Virus record (IMG/VR): IMGVR_UViG_3300028832_000140
Coordinates: 3,153-67,152 of that record
Length of the DNA: 64,000 bases
Direction: 5' to 3' (one strand)
Source of the DNA: a virus
Lineage: Duplodnaviria > Caudoviricetes
The translations under genes and the position numbers were made by a program. Every line of letters begins with the position of its first letter. The stretch's first letter is position 1. Positions 17,913 through 28,259 of this stretch are shown piece after piece. The notes under the pieces were generated by a model that worked only from the letters and a program-made list of their open reading frames with translations, was not told the DNA's origin and did not search any database.

Positions 17913-18833
17913 ATGCGAGTAAAGGAACTGCTCTTGCACGCCCTTTCGAGGGCCAACCACATCGAGGACGGGACGCCCGCGGACGCACGCGAGCTTACTA
18001 AGGCGCGTAACCACTTCGCGAGCGCCCTCTCGAAGTATTCCTCGTCGAACCTCATCACGGCGTTCCAGCGCACGTGCGACGTGGAATATGCCGAGAAGCA
18101 GGTCATAGGCCGCTACAACCTGAAGCGCGGCAAGGTGATGCACGAGGCGCAGACGCGCGACGCCCTTCCAGACCCGACAAGGCTGACCGTCAACAAGGAT
18201 TTCGGTCATACGGCAGACGACGGCATGTACTACCGCATAGGCGGCGTCATGACGCCATCCGGGCTTGAACAGGTGTGGATGGCGGCTACGGAAGGTGAAA
18301 AGCCGGAAGAATGGCTCGCTTCCCTCGGCTGTTGCGACTTCGTGCCGGACAAGGTTGTTCTCGACATGGAACGTATCATGGGCTGCATGTACCGCATGAA
18401 GGGGCAGTCCGGCGCGTTCTCCAAGATGGATTTCGTCCCTCTCGTGAATTTCTACGCCGACGATTCCAGGACAATCTACAGCTCCTCACCGGTGGGCGAG
18501 AACAAGGTGGAACTCCTTCTACCCGCCGGTCTTGACGGCTACGACTTCAAGATCGTGTACTACACGAAGATGGAGTTCAAGGACGACGACTACATCGAAC
18601 TGCCCGAGGCGTACAAGGAACTCCTCACGCTCGCCGTGACGGTGGGACTCCTTTCCGAGGACGCAGATTCCGACCCGAAACAGCTCGCCAACTACTCCGC
18701 GCAGCTCACGTCCATGGAAGACCTCATCGGCGCCACAAACGTTACCACGCGCAGGCTTACGCGCGAACCCGACGGAAGCTCGCTCGACTCGCTCCGTTCC
18801 GGCGCGTTCATCCGCAGGAGATTCTGTAGATGA
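17913..18833 (+). CDS. Head-tail adaptor (P22 gp4-like)
   Basis: N-terminal helix pattern and position before gp10-like gene. Confidence 0.6.
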   Translation: MRVKELLLHALSRANHIEDGTPADARELTKARNHFASALSKYSSSNLITAFQRTCDVEYAEKQVIGRYNLKRGKVMHEAQTRDALPDPTRLTVNKDFGHTADDGMYYRIGGVMTPSGLEQVWMAATEGEKPEEWLASLGCCDFVPDKVVLDMERIMGCMYRMKGQSGAFSKMDFVPLVNFYADDSRTIYSSSPVGENKVELLLPAGLDGYDFKIVYYTKMEFKDDDYIELPEAYKELLTLAVTVGLLSEDADSDPKQLANYSAQLTSMEDLIGATNVTTRRLTREPDGSSLDSLRSGAFIRRRFCR

Positions 18834-20368
18834 GTTTCGTATCGAACCTCGTAGGATTTACAAGGAAGTCCCAGTTCGCGAAGCTGGGACGTTCCGACAC
18901 TTACAACATGTTCGTCGAGCAGAAGGACGCCAACGAGCAGGGGTTCTCGGTGGTGCTCCTCCCTATGCCCGGATACGAGAACGCCGTCACGCAGGGTTCG
19001 GAACCTGAAGGGAAACCGCAGGGTACGTTCCGCTGTTCCCGCGGCTACAACGGGCGCCCTGTCGTCTACGGGGTATGGGGGAAGAAACTCTACCTGCTCC
19101 GCGAGGTTGGCGCGACCAGGAATTTCTATTTCATCGGCGACATCGCCGGTTCAGGCAAGGTTACGTTCTGCGAGACGACCGGATACGGCCACTCGCACCC
19201 GCACCTCGTGCTCTGCGACGGCGTGAACGTATACGCCGTAGACACTACCGTGCCTCCGATAAGGCAGGCACAGGACCTCAAGACGGTCACCATGCCACTC
19301 AAGTACCCTGACGCCACTATCGACCGCATCACGCCTTCGTGGGTGGCCTACATGTACGGATACCTGCTCGTTGGCGCAAAGGGTACGGACATGTTCTACC
19401 GCTCGGTGCAGTTCCCGTTCGAGACCGCCGACGACCCCATGGGACTCGACAAGAACCAGTACGGCATGTGGACCTTCTCCGAATGGCAGCCTGACAATAC
19501 GCTTGTCGGCTGTTCCACGGGCTCGCGCCTTTTCACTTTCGGCGAACGTTCTTTCCAGGCGTTCACGTTCCAGGATTCCATGGAGAACCCGTTCGTGTCG
19601 CCGGACACGGCGGCGATGAGCATCGGAATAAAGAACGCCGACACGCTTGCTGTCTATGGCGACAGCGTGATTTGGCTAGGCTCTTCGTCCATGGGCGACG
19701 GGTGCGTCTACATGATGGATTCCTCCTTACAGCCGAAGCGCATTTCGACAGATGAAATCGAGCGGATGATATGGAAGTACGACTTCAAGACGGCCTACGC
19801 GTTCGTCTTCAAGTGGTTCAGTCACCCGATGTACGTTATTTCCTTCCCGTCCGACGGCGTTACGCTCTGCTACGACATCCGCGAGAACGGCTGGGTCCGC
19901 ATGGGCTCACGAAACGGGAAGGAGGAGGACACGTTCCGCTACTCCTACCCGGTGACGGGCGTAAACGGAGACCTGTTCCTACAGGGCGAGGGATGCCTCG
20001 TCAAGGCTACAGAGGACACGTGGTTCGAACATGACGGTACGCCTATTCTCCGCAAGAGGGCGGGCGGAGTCATTTCTAGCGACAACAGGCCTTTCAAGAT
20101 TGGGTCGATAAAGCTCATAACGAACAACGGCGATTACCGCAACGTCCTTGACCACGCGCCGCTTATCACGCTCCGATACTCCAGGGACGGAACTACCTGG
20201 GTTGCTTCCAGTACACGTACGCTGGGCCTCGCCGGACGCTACGACTACGATACGGTATTCCGCAACCTCGGCAAGGCGCAGTACCTCGCTGTGGAGGTGG
20301 GCACCAGCGAGAACATCGGTTTTGCTCTCTATGGTCTCGACGTGAAGGGCGTTACGTGCGTAAAGTAG
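18830..20368 (+). CDS. Tail hub/DNA stabilization protein (P22 gp10-like)
   Basis: 512 aa beta-rich; position between adaptor and ejection genes. Confidence 0.7.
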   Translation: MSFVSNLVGFTRKSQFAKLGRSDTYNMFVEQKDANEQGFSVVLLPMPGYENAVTQGSEPEGKPQGTFRCSRGYNGRPVVYGVWGKKLYLLREVGATRNFYFIGDIAGSGKVTFCETTGYGHSHPHLVLCDGVNVYAVDTTVPPIRQAQDLKTVTMPLKYPDATIDRITPSWVAYMYGYLLVGAKGTDMFYRSVQFPFETADDPMGLDKNQYGMWTFSEWQPDNTLVGCSTGSRLFTFGERSFQAFTFQDSMENPFVSPDTAAMSIGIKNADTLAVYGDSVIWLGSSSMGDGCVYMMDSSLQPKRISTDEIERMIWKYDFKTAYAFVFKWFSHPMYVISFPSDGVTLCYDIRENGWVRMGSRNGKEEDTFRYSYPVTGVNGDLFLQGEGCLVKATEDTWFEHDGTPILRKRAGGVISSDNRPFKIGSIKLITNNGDYRNVLDHAPLITLRYSRDGTTWVASSTRTLGLAGRYDYDTVFRNLGKAQYLAVEVGTSENIGFALYGLDVKGVTCVK

Positions 20369-20413
20369 ACTGTTTTATTCATAGGTGAAAAAAGAATACA
20401 AGGAGATTTGACA

Positions 20414-21082
20414 ATGGTAGGAGCCATAGCAGGTGCAGTGGGCGGTCTCGCCTCCGCCGCGATAGGCGCATACGGCGCAGCGCAGGAACGCAAGGCGGCA
20501 AACCGCCGCAGGGCGCAGGCCAACCAGCAGATTTCGGAATGGCAGAAGCAGGCCGAACAGATCCTCGCCGAATCCGAGGCCAACCGCACGCAACTCTCGG
20601 ACGCGAATTCCGTGAGCCGTTACAAGGCGCTCCGCGATTCCTACGACCCGTCGGCGTATGTCGTCGAGCCGGAAAAGTTCGACAAGAGTGCCTACAGCGT
20701 GGAAGACTACCTGAACCCGAACCGCGACGCCATCCTCGAAGACATCGCGAGGGCGTCGCAGCACACCGCCGCGGCGGCAGGTCTAGGCCATTCCTCCGGC
20801 GCGGTAGAGGCAATCAACAAGTCCATCCTCGAAAAGGACGAGGAACTACTCAAGGAAGCCCGCCAGGAAATGAAGGACGAGCGTTCCTTCGACTACGGCA
20901 TGTACACGGACTACATCAACCAGCAGCAGAAGAAGCTCGACTCCATGCAGCAGGGCTACAAGGACCAGCTTGAACTTCTCCGCGGCGACATCCAGTTCGA
21001 CCAGCAGAATACGGACGCAGTAATTCAGAACCGACTCGCTCTCGGCAACTCCATAGCGCAGAGCCGCGCACAGCTCGTATAA
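20414..21082 (+). CDS. DNA ejection (pilot) protein, gp7-like
   Basis: MVGAIAGAVGGLASAAIGAYG Gly/Ala N-terminus then coiled coil. Confidence 0.6.
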   Translation: MVGAIAGAVGGLASAAIGAYGAAQERKAANRRRAQANQQISEWQKQAEQILAESEANRTQLSDANSVSRYKALRDSYDPSAYVVEPEKFDKSAYSVEDYLNPNRDAILEDIARASQHTAAAAGLGHSSGAVEAINKSILEKDEELLKEARQEMKDERSFDYGMYTDYINQQQKKLDSMQQGYKDQLELLRGDIQFDQQNTDAVIQNRLALGNSIAQSRAQLV

Positions 21083-21100
21083 CGGGAGGATTTTGACACA

Positions 21101-21949
21101 ATGGCTACACCAATGAATTTTCAGTCGCTTAATTACGGCGGCATAGCCCAGCAGGAGCAGGACGCCCGCAGGCGCTATTACGACAGCTTGAGTTCCATAG
21201 GCGGCGTCATCAAGGACACCGGCAAGGAATTCGAAGACTATCTCGCCCGAAAGAAGGCCGAGGAAGACGAAAAGCGCAAGTGGGACAACATGATTGCCCA
21301 GCAGGAATACCAGAAGGAACAGGACAGGCTTAACCGCGAACACACCGAGGAACGCGAGGCCATCGAAGACGCCCGTGTATTGCGTGATTGGAAGCTCAAG
21401 CAGGAAGAACTCCGCAAGAAAACCTACAAGAATATGAACGACGCAGCCGCACTCGAAAAGTACCGCGAAGGCTTGCAGAAGTCCTACACGCCCGAGTTCC
21501 TAGCGAAGTACGGCCCGACCGCGCAGGCCGACTACAACACGGCGCTTACCGCACCGACGCTTGCAGAAGCCGTAGCCGCAGGCCGCAACCTCGGTCAGGG
21601 TATCTATCAGCAGGATATGATGAACTTCCAGCGCGAACAGGCGCAGAACGCCGACAGCAAGGATTCCGAGTACAAAAAGCAGCTCGCCATCAAGAACGCC
21701 GTGCAGTCCGGCCTGTTCAAGAACGGAATCGACTTGACGGGAACGCGCCTTCCGAAGACGAAGGCCGAGGCGCAGGCGCAGATTGGACTTATCGACTCGT
21801 ATCTCGGTAACGATTTCCTCGGAGGTATCGACACTTTCGATGGTACTGCCGGTACGGGCGAACTCGCGTTCAAGCTGCAATACCTGAAGGAATTGCTCTC
21901 GAAAGTCGGCACTCCGAAGAAAAAGAAATGGGAGAAGAAACCGTTATAA
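21101..21949 (+). CDS. Putative DNA ejection protein
   Basis: Helical, Gln/Glu-rich, follows pilot gene. Confidence 0.5.
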   Translation: MATPMNFQSLNYGGIAQQEQDARRRYYDSLSSIGGVIKDTGKEFEDYLARKKAEEDEKRKWDNMIAQQEYQKEQDRLNREHTEEREAIEDARVLRDWKLKQEELRKKTYKNMNDAAALEKYREGLQKSYTPEFLAKYGPTAQADYNTALTAPTLAEAVAAGRNLGQGIYQQDMMNFQREQAQNADSKDSEYKKQLAIKNAVQSGLFKNGIDLTGTRLPKTKAEAQAQIGLIDSYLGNDFLGGIDTFDGTAGTGELAFKLQYLKELLSKVGTPKKKKWEKKPL

Positions 21950-22033
21950 AAGAACCTTGTTCTTTTTTGCAACGGGGCCAGCCATAGCGGCTGGCTTTCG
22001 TTTTATTCATAGGGGGAAATAAAGAGGTTATGA

Positions 22034-23683
22034 ATGGCTGAAAGTTACCTGCAAAAGGCTACGCAGATTTACAACGGCTTCAATGCCGAATCTTCGAAAA
22101 AATGGCTCCGCAAGAACGGCCTTACGGAACTCGCTAAGATGTTGCTCGACGACATGGCTGACGCCAGGAGCGAGGAAGATTTCAAGAAGGCCGAATACCA
22201 GTTCAAGAACCGGATCGTGGTTCCTTTCTTCAAGGAATCCGTCTATCCTCTCGGTGAAAAGGCCGTGAAGGCGTTCGTCGCCGAGAACCCCGTCATCAAC
22301 GTGGCGCCTCCGAAATCCGTCGGCAGCTACGACGAACTGAAGAAGAACCAGGCGTTTGCAGACAGCAAGTATGCACGTCAAGTCAAGGATGATAAGGGTG
22401 AAACCCAAGTAAACATACCTCTCCTGCAAGTCGCGAACGACCCGAAGGAATTGAGCCTCGCGGCACTCCGTCTCGGCATCACCCCCGAAGACCTCCACGA
22501 CCACATCCTGAACGAATGGGACAAGAAGAAAAAGCGCGAATGGGTCGAAGCAGAAAAGGCCATGCGCAAGGCTATCGTCGACGGCGGAGAGATAAACGGA
22601 GTAAAGTTCCAAGGCAGAAAGGGTGTTCTCAAGGATTTTAACAAGAGCAAGTGGAGCGGTGTGCTGAAGACTGTCGCCCCCGAACTCTACGCCGGAATGC
22701 GCCGTGACATCGCCGAAGGAAAGGGAGAAGCCGGTAGCATAGCCGGTTGGCTCGGTGAACACAAGAAGGATGCCATCATCGACGCTGCACGAAATACCGC
22801 ACTCGCGATGACAGGATTTGCTGCGAGCCCATTGGCTACCGCAGGCGTAGTCGGTGCCACGGAGCTTTCTTCGCTCGCGGCAAGCGACCACTACGACATG
22901 AATACGCGTAACGTAGGCGCCGCTCTCGCGGGAGCGACTTTTGCAGGAACGGTGCCCATTCTTGTTACCCGTTATGCGGCTCCGTTGCTGAAGTCGGGAA
23001 GCAAGACCATAAGGAACTCCGCACGCGACATTCTTCGCAGGATTCGTAACGGCGAAGGCACGGCCGCGGAAGTCGAACAGAACGCCCTCAAGGAAGCCGT
23101 TGACGAGGCGGCGAAGGTCGTACGTTCACGAGTAGCAGGTAACGAGACCCTGACTTCGGATGACGTTCGGAACGCCGTAAATGCCGTGTACCAGAAGGTA
23201 ATCTCGTCGCCGAAGAACGCCTTCTCCGACGGGACGAGAATCACGCAGGCCGACATCGAAAAAGCCCTGCTTACCGAAGACGGCGTGAACAAAATCAAGG
23301 GATTCCTTTCTGCACCGAGCAAAAAGACGTGGGTGGAGTGGAACAAGATGTCCAATAACCCGGCGTATGGGTATGAACAGCGTATCGTATTGCAGGACGC
23401 GATGAAGCGTGCCGAAGAAATGTTCCCCGAGGCCGTCAAGGAAATCAAGTACATCAGCGGCAACGGCAAGGCGCTCAACAGCGTCATTGCAACCGGAGCA
23501 AGGGTCGTGAACACCGTAGGTTCCAAGGCTGAACCGATGGCCGCACGAAACGTCTACGAGGAAGGTCTTTCTTCCTACGAGGCGGACCACCCCGAACAGG
23601 TGGAAGCCTGGAAGCGCTACGGCATCCCGAGCTGGGACCCGCTCGCGGACGAGTTCAACGAGAAGTACGGGGAGGGCAAGTAA
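22034..23683 (+). CDS. Putative large DNA ejection protein
   Basis: 549 aa with Gly/Ala hydrophobic central segment. Confidence 0.5.
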   Translation: MAESYLQKATQIYNGFNAESSKKWLRKNGLTELAKMLLDDMADARSEEDFKKAEYQFKNRIVVPFFKESVYPLGEKAVKAFVAENPVINVAPPKSVGSYDELKKNQAFADSKYARQVKDDKGETQVNIPLLQVANDPKELSLAALRLGITPEDLHDHILNEWDKKKKREWVEAEKAMRKAIVDGGEINGVKFQGRKGVLKDFNKSKWSGVLKTVAPELYAGMRRDIAEGKGEAGSIAGWLGEHKKDAIIDAARNTALAMTGFAASPLATAGVVGATELSSLAASDHYDMNTRNVGAALAGATFAGTVPILVTRYAAPLLKSGSKTIRNSARDILRRIRNGEGTAAEVEQNALKEAVDEAAKVVRSRVAGNETLTSDDVRNAVNAVYQKVISSPKNAFSDGTRITQADIEKALLTEDGVNKIKGFLSAPSKKTWVEWNKMSNNPAYGYEQRIVLQDAMKRAEEMFPEAVKEIKYISGNGKALNSVIATGARVVNTVGSKAEPMAARNVYEEGLSSYEADHPEQVEAWKRYGIPSWDPLADEFNEKYGEGK

Positions 23684-23686
23684 CCG

Positions 23687-26047
23687 ATGAGACCGCTGAC
23701 ACCTTTCGTATCGTACAACGACAACACCGGACACCCGCTCGTAGGGCGAATCCAATTCTGCAATACAGACGCTTCACCGGCAGAGGTGTTCGCGTCGGAC
23801 GGCACCACGTCGCTCGGCAGCTCCGTGTTCACGGACTCCTCGGGACGTCCGGTCCAGCAGCCGTTCCTCGAAGACAAGGACTACCTTCTCTTCTTCGACA
23901 AGTATGTCGGCCACGCCACGATGACGGAAGACGACGATAAGGATAGCTGGGAGGAGCAGGGTAGCGCGATTGACCGCTACGACGTGTTCGGAGTTTCCGT
24001 AGATTGCGGTACCGTGGTGTCCGTAGCGACCCTGGAGGTACTCCGCAATACGGCGCCCGATACGGTAACGCCTTTCGACGGCGTGTACATGGTGGACCTG
24101 CTTGGCTACGACGAGGTTGGCGACAAGCCGGTGCTCCGCTACGTGTGGGACGCCGAGAATACCGATTCCGACGACGGCGGCTCGGTCATCGCCGTGGATG
24201 ACGTCGAGACGGGGCGCTGGGTTATCAAGGACCGCCCGGAATACGTCGATTCCCGACATTTCGGTGCGTTCCCGAACTCTACCGCAACGGCTTACCCGAC
24301 GCAGCGATACGACCTCCAGCGTGCCGCCCTGTGGGCTCACGACAACGGTCTCGGCCTGTACCTCCACGCAGACGATACGCACGCATACTACGACATTTCC
24401 GGACTGAACATCTACAATCTAAAGTGCGCTCCGGGTGCGACCGTCTTCACGATCACGGGCAGCGTTACAAATATCATCGGACTTGAATCCGTCACGGTGC
24501 ATTCCGCCAACGGACTAGAAGGCACGACCGTGCTCAACGATAAGGTTGTACGCACGTCGTGGGCCGGCACCTCCGCCCACACGAGACTTTCCCCGACGGA
24601 GCGTCTCGTCATAGACAGCGCCTTCTCCGGCGTTCAGGGACTCCGTTCCTGGAGCGGGGTGGCCGTTGACATGTACGACACGTCCAACAACTCGCTCTCG
24701 TTCACGGACTGCATTGTCTACGTACACGAGGACATGGACCCGGAGAATAGCGTCTCGTTCGACTCCTGCTCGTTCGTGGCGCACGGCACGATGGACGGGT
24801 ACATCAGTTTCAGCAACTGCTTCATCCCCGCCGGCATCTTCGCGCACGACTTCGACGCCTCCAACTGCTCCGTGACTGACTGCACCGTCGCACCAGCCGA
24901 CGAGTGGGAGGACGTCAAGGACTGGCTCGCACTCAAGATTAGCAACGGCGACTGGGAATACGACTTCCGCGGTACGGGCTCGATAGAGATGCTGATAACG
25001 AAACCCGCCGGTTCTACGGGAACGCTGATAGTAAAGAACTCCAAGGACCTAGTTCTGAAGGCTTCCGGTACCATCCCGAAGCTGGAACTCGTGGACTGCA
25101 CGGGTACGACGATTTCGGTTTTCTCTTCGTCGTCAAAACTTGTCGTGAACGGTGGTTCCGTTGACGGTTCCGTGACCTTGCTCGACGAGGTGTATTTCGG
25201 CAGGGCGACCGTCGCGGGCAACTTCACCGTATATTCTTCCGTTGGCGCCGACGGCTGCGTGTTCTCCCCGACATCTAGCGTAATCGCTTCCTATATCAGG
25301 CTTTCCAACTGCCGCGCCGACGAAGGCTCCGTATTCGCGGAACTCGGCACGTCTTCCGGTATCGAGGGTTCAGTCTACGACAACTGCACCATCTCCGGCG
25401 AGGTGTCCGGCTACAAGTCCACCGTAAGGAACAGCCACGTCGCAAGACTGACCGTACTCGGGCTAGTCGCGGGCTCGACCTCGTTCCCGTGGGAATCCGT
25501 CATCGACAACAGCCGCGTTGACGACTGCCGCCTACAGGTGTACTCCACTAACAAACCAGCATTCTCGTGGAAGAACTCATCCATAAACATAACGCAGTAC
25601 GGCGCAACGTACGACGTACCGGGCCAGACTTACACGAGGGAATGGAACATCGAGAACTGCGACGTCACTTTCGGCAACCGCAAGTTCTACAAGAGCTCGA
25701 CCATGTTCAAGGCCCCGGTGGCCGTAGGCGACATAAAGAAACTGCCGCACTCCGCATCGGGAATTTTACACACGTACTACGTGTGCGTGCCGCTCGACGA
25801 CCTCCTCCTCTTCGAGAACTTCTTCCATTTCTCCGAGAGCTCCGTGGCAGTGCTCGTCAACTACTTCGGGTACGCGGTCCGCGTCTTCGTGGACTGCGGG
25901 TACACCAGCTCGCACCACCTCCAGGCATACGTTGGCCGCATCGTGAACGTGTCAGGCACTCTCTGCCTGTTCCTCGGCACGACCGACGCCGAGATTGCCG
26001 TGAACCCCGGAGATACGCTCTACGTGGACTACGACATCGTGTTCTAG
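23687..26047 (+). CDS. Tailspike-like protein
   Basis: Head-binding-like N-terminus, LLGY..GD..YVWD..DDGGSVI module, beta-helix-like repeats. Confidence 0.75.
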   Translation: MRPLTPFVSYNDNTGHPLVGRIQFCNTDASPAEVFASDGTTSLGSSVFTDSSGRPVQQPFLEDKDYLLFFDKYVGHATMTEDDDKDSWEEQGSAIDRYDVFGVSVDCGTVVSVATLEVLRNTAPDTVTPFDGVYMVDLLGYDEVGDKPVLRYVWDAENTDSDDGGSVIAVDDVETGRWVIKDRPEYVDSRHFGAFPNSTATAYPTQRYDLQRAALWAHDNGLGLYLHADDTHAYYDISGLNIYNLKCAPGATVFTITGSVTNIIGLESVTVHSANGLEGTTVLNDKVVRTSWAGTSAHTRLSPTERLVIDSAFSGVQGLRSWSGVAVDMYDTSNNSLSFTDCIVYVHEDMDPENSVSFDSCSFVAHGTMDGYISFSNCFIPAGIFAHDFDASNCSVTDCTVAPADEWEDVKDWLALKISNGDWEYDFRGTGSIEMLITKPAGSTGTLIVKNSKDLVLKASGTIPKLELVDCTGTTISVFSSSSKLVVNGGSVDGSVTLLDEVYFGRATVAGNFTVYSSVGADGCVFSPTSSVIASYIRLSNCRADEGSVFAELGTSSGIEGSVYDNCTISGEVSGYKSTVRNSHVARLTVLGLVAGSTSFPWESVIDNSRVDDCRLQVYSTNKPAFSWKNSSINITQYGATYDVPGQTYTREWNIENCDVTFGNRKFYKSSTMFKAPVAVGDIKKLPHSASGILHTYYVCVPLDDLLLFENFFHFSESSVAVLVNYFGYAVRVFVDCGYTSSHHLQAYVGRIVNVSGTLCLFLGTTDAEIAVNPGDTLYVDYDIVF

Positions 26048-26131
26048 AATACTTTGTTTGTGTCAAAATATGACATCTTGTCCCTCCAAAGTGTCTATGT
26101 TGTAATGTAGACGTACTGGGAGGTACAAGAC

Positions 26132-26659
26132 ATGTCAACAGAAAAATCAAGAAATGACTCGAAAACGGGGCGCTTTTACGGAAAGTTGCCACCGGAAATG
26201 CTCGCGGACCTGGATTTCCTGCTCATAAAGCTGCGCAGGATCAACCGCAAGGTGCTCAAGCAGAAGACAATCAAGCGTACGGAGATAAGGGCCTTGCCCG
26301 ACGGGGAATACCTCCGCCTGTGGGGATACCTGCGCCACTGCTGTTCGCTCGTCACCACGTGGCCGAACGTAAGGAGGGCCATATCGGCCATCGCCGACAA
26401 GAGTTCAAGAACGGAGGACGACGTCCGCGACGAGTGCATAGACGCAATCACGACGCACGTGTACACGTACGCCTGGCGCAAGTACAGGCATTCCGAAGAC
26501 TGCGGGCTCGTATTCACGACGGCGGAATTCGGCTACAAGGGCTGGATAACGTCGCAGAACCTGTACCACGACGGGGTGGAATTCTCCCGCGAACTCTTCG
26601 CGTCCGACAATCCGTCTTGCGGAGGGAAGGTGTCGTCCGTATCCGCCGAAAGGTCGTAG
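26132..26659 (+). CDS. Hypothetical protein, possibly a second sigma-like regulator
   Basis: Basic N-terminus; EDDVRDECIDAITTHVYTYAWRKY weakly sigma-region-2-like. Confidence 0.45.
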   Translation: MSTEKSRNDSKTGRFYGKLPPEMLADLDFLLIKLRRINRKVLKQKTIKRTEIRALPDGEYLRLWGYLRHCCSLVTTWPNVRRAISAIADKSSRTEDDVRDECIDAITTHVYTYAWRKYRHSEDCGLVFTTAEFGYKGWITSQNLYHDGVEFSRELFASDNPSCGGKVSSVSAERS

Positions 26660-26709
26660 CCCGTCGCGGTTTTATTCATAGTGGGAAAATTAACGAGGAT
26701 TCCCACAAG

Positions 26710-28023
26710 ATGCACTATCTAGTACCAGTACCGATGCAGTACGTAGACGAGTCCGGCGTCCCTCGCGACGGAGGCTCCGTCAGCGTATACAGGACCGGCA
26801 CGCCGGAACTCGCCGCCATATACCAGAACTCGTCTACTGACGAACTCGCGGAGAACCCTTCGCAGTTGGATTCGAGCGGTATGTGGAGGGCTTTCGTCGA
26901 TGCAGGCATCCCTCTCGACTACATCGTGAAGGACAAGGGCGGCAACGTCATAGCCACCTATATAAACATTTCAATTGACGTCGGTTCCGGTTCCGGCGGT
27001 GTCACGAAGGAATACGTTGACGCGCAGGACGACCTTATCCGCGAATCCGTCACCGAAATTTCGAACGACCTCGACGACGAACGCGAAAGGGCGGTTGCCG
27101 CCGAAGCCGCGGCAAGGACCGTCGTCAAGGAAGGCGTCGGCATTTCCGTCACGGAGGTCGTCAAGGATGACGGTCATTCAGAATTTACCATCGACAACGA
27201 GGGCGTAACAGGCGTAGAAATCGCGAGCCCGAACGACACCGTGTCCATATCGAAGACGAAGGACCCGGTTACCGGCGTGGAGCACTTCAACATTGAAGTG
27301 AACAATACGGAAGGCCAGTACATAAATATCGCTTCCGATTCCGTGTCGCACGGTACCGATACGCAGACGCTCGAAGACGATACGAGAAAGTACGTCCCGC
27401 TCGCTGATTCCGAACTTTCCGGTCTCGTCGGACGCAACGGCATCACGTTGCAGGATTCCGAGGATGATGTCGTGAACGCGGTCGCCGTACTCGACCACAA
27501 CAGGAAATACCTCTGCACCGCGCAGGTGAAGGTGACTGTCAATGCGAACACGAACGACATGGTGAACGTGGACGTGTTCACGATGGTGGGCCACCAGAGA
27601 TGGCTCGCGGGTTCGTTCTCCGTAGATACGACGCTTGACCACTCGACTAGCAAGACTATAACGTGGATGGTGGAAGGTACGGACGCGACCGGCATACAGA
27701 TGGCCCTTTCGGAAGACGGTACGGGCGCGGAAGTAGAGGTGGAGGTGAAACAGCTCTTCATCGCCGAATTCTCTTCCATAACCGGTACTGGTGGCGGCGG
27801 TAGCCGTACGTACATCCCCGGCGACGCCATCAACATCACGGACGACACGATTTCAGTCCGTTACGGATACGGCCTAGACATCGACTCCACGAATAATAAA
27901 CTCAAGGTTTCGTCCGAGATTACCGACCAGATAGACGACCTGAAGGACAACCAGCTGAAGATAGCCCCGCCCGAACACGAGGGCGTCGGCACGATGCTTT
28001 TCTACACGGGGGAACTGATATGA
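26710..28023 (+). CDS. Tail protein with head-binding-like N-terminus
   Basis: Start ATG 26710 after TTTATTCAT and GAGGA; QYVDESGVP..GSVSVYRTGT. Confidence 0.65.
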   Translation: MHYLVPVPMQYVDESGVPRDGGSVSVYRTGTPELAAIYQNSSTDELAENPSQLDSSGMWRAFVDAGIPLDYIVKDKGGNVIATYINISIDVGSGSGGVTKEYVDAQDDLIRESVTEISNDLDDERERAVAAEAAARTVVKEGVGISVTEVVKDDGHSEFTIDNEGVTGVEIASPNDTVSISKTKDPVTGVEHFNIEVNNTEGQYINIASDSVSHGTDTQTLEDDTRKYVPLADSELSGLVGRNGITLQDSEDDVVNAVAVLDHNRKYLCTAQVKVTVNANTNDMVNVDVFTMVGHQRWLAGSFSVDTTLDHSTSKTITWMVEGTDATGIQMALSEDGTGAEVEVEVKQLFIAEFSSITGTGGGGSRTYIPGDAINITDDTISVRYGYGLDIDSTNNKLKVSSEITDQIDDLKDNQLKIAPPEHEGVGTMLFYTGELI

Positions 28024-28259
28024 GCCTCGAATCGGCAGTGAAGGCGGGGGTAGCCGTCAAGATGGGGACGGTGGAGAAAATCGTAGACGAGTCCGGCGAC
28101 GTTACGGAGTTGCCGTTCCCGGTAAACGTGATAATCGACGGTACCCAGAGCACCCCGTTCATCAACGTCATCAAGGCCTTGTGCCGTTACATAGAGAGTA
28201 ACCGCGAGGCCGTCGAAATCGGCAAGGAAACCTTAAAGAAGAATAATGGAGGCGAATGA
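28020..28259 (+). CDS. Hypothetical tail-region protein
   Basis: ATGA overlaps at both ends. Confidence 0.6.
   Translation: MSLESAVKAGVAVKMGTVEKIVDESGDVTELPFPVNVIIDGTQSTPFINVIKALCRYIESNREAVEIGKETLKKNNGGE

Noticed and set aside
26320-26709. Upstream extension of the 26710 tail gene
   Set aside because: Overlaps 26132-26659 and crosses the late motif; ATG 26710 has the RBS
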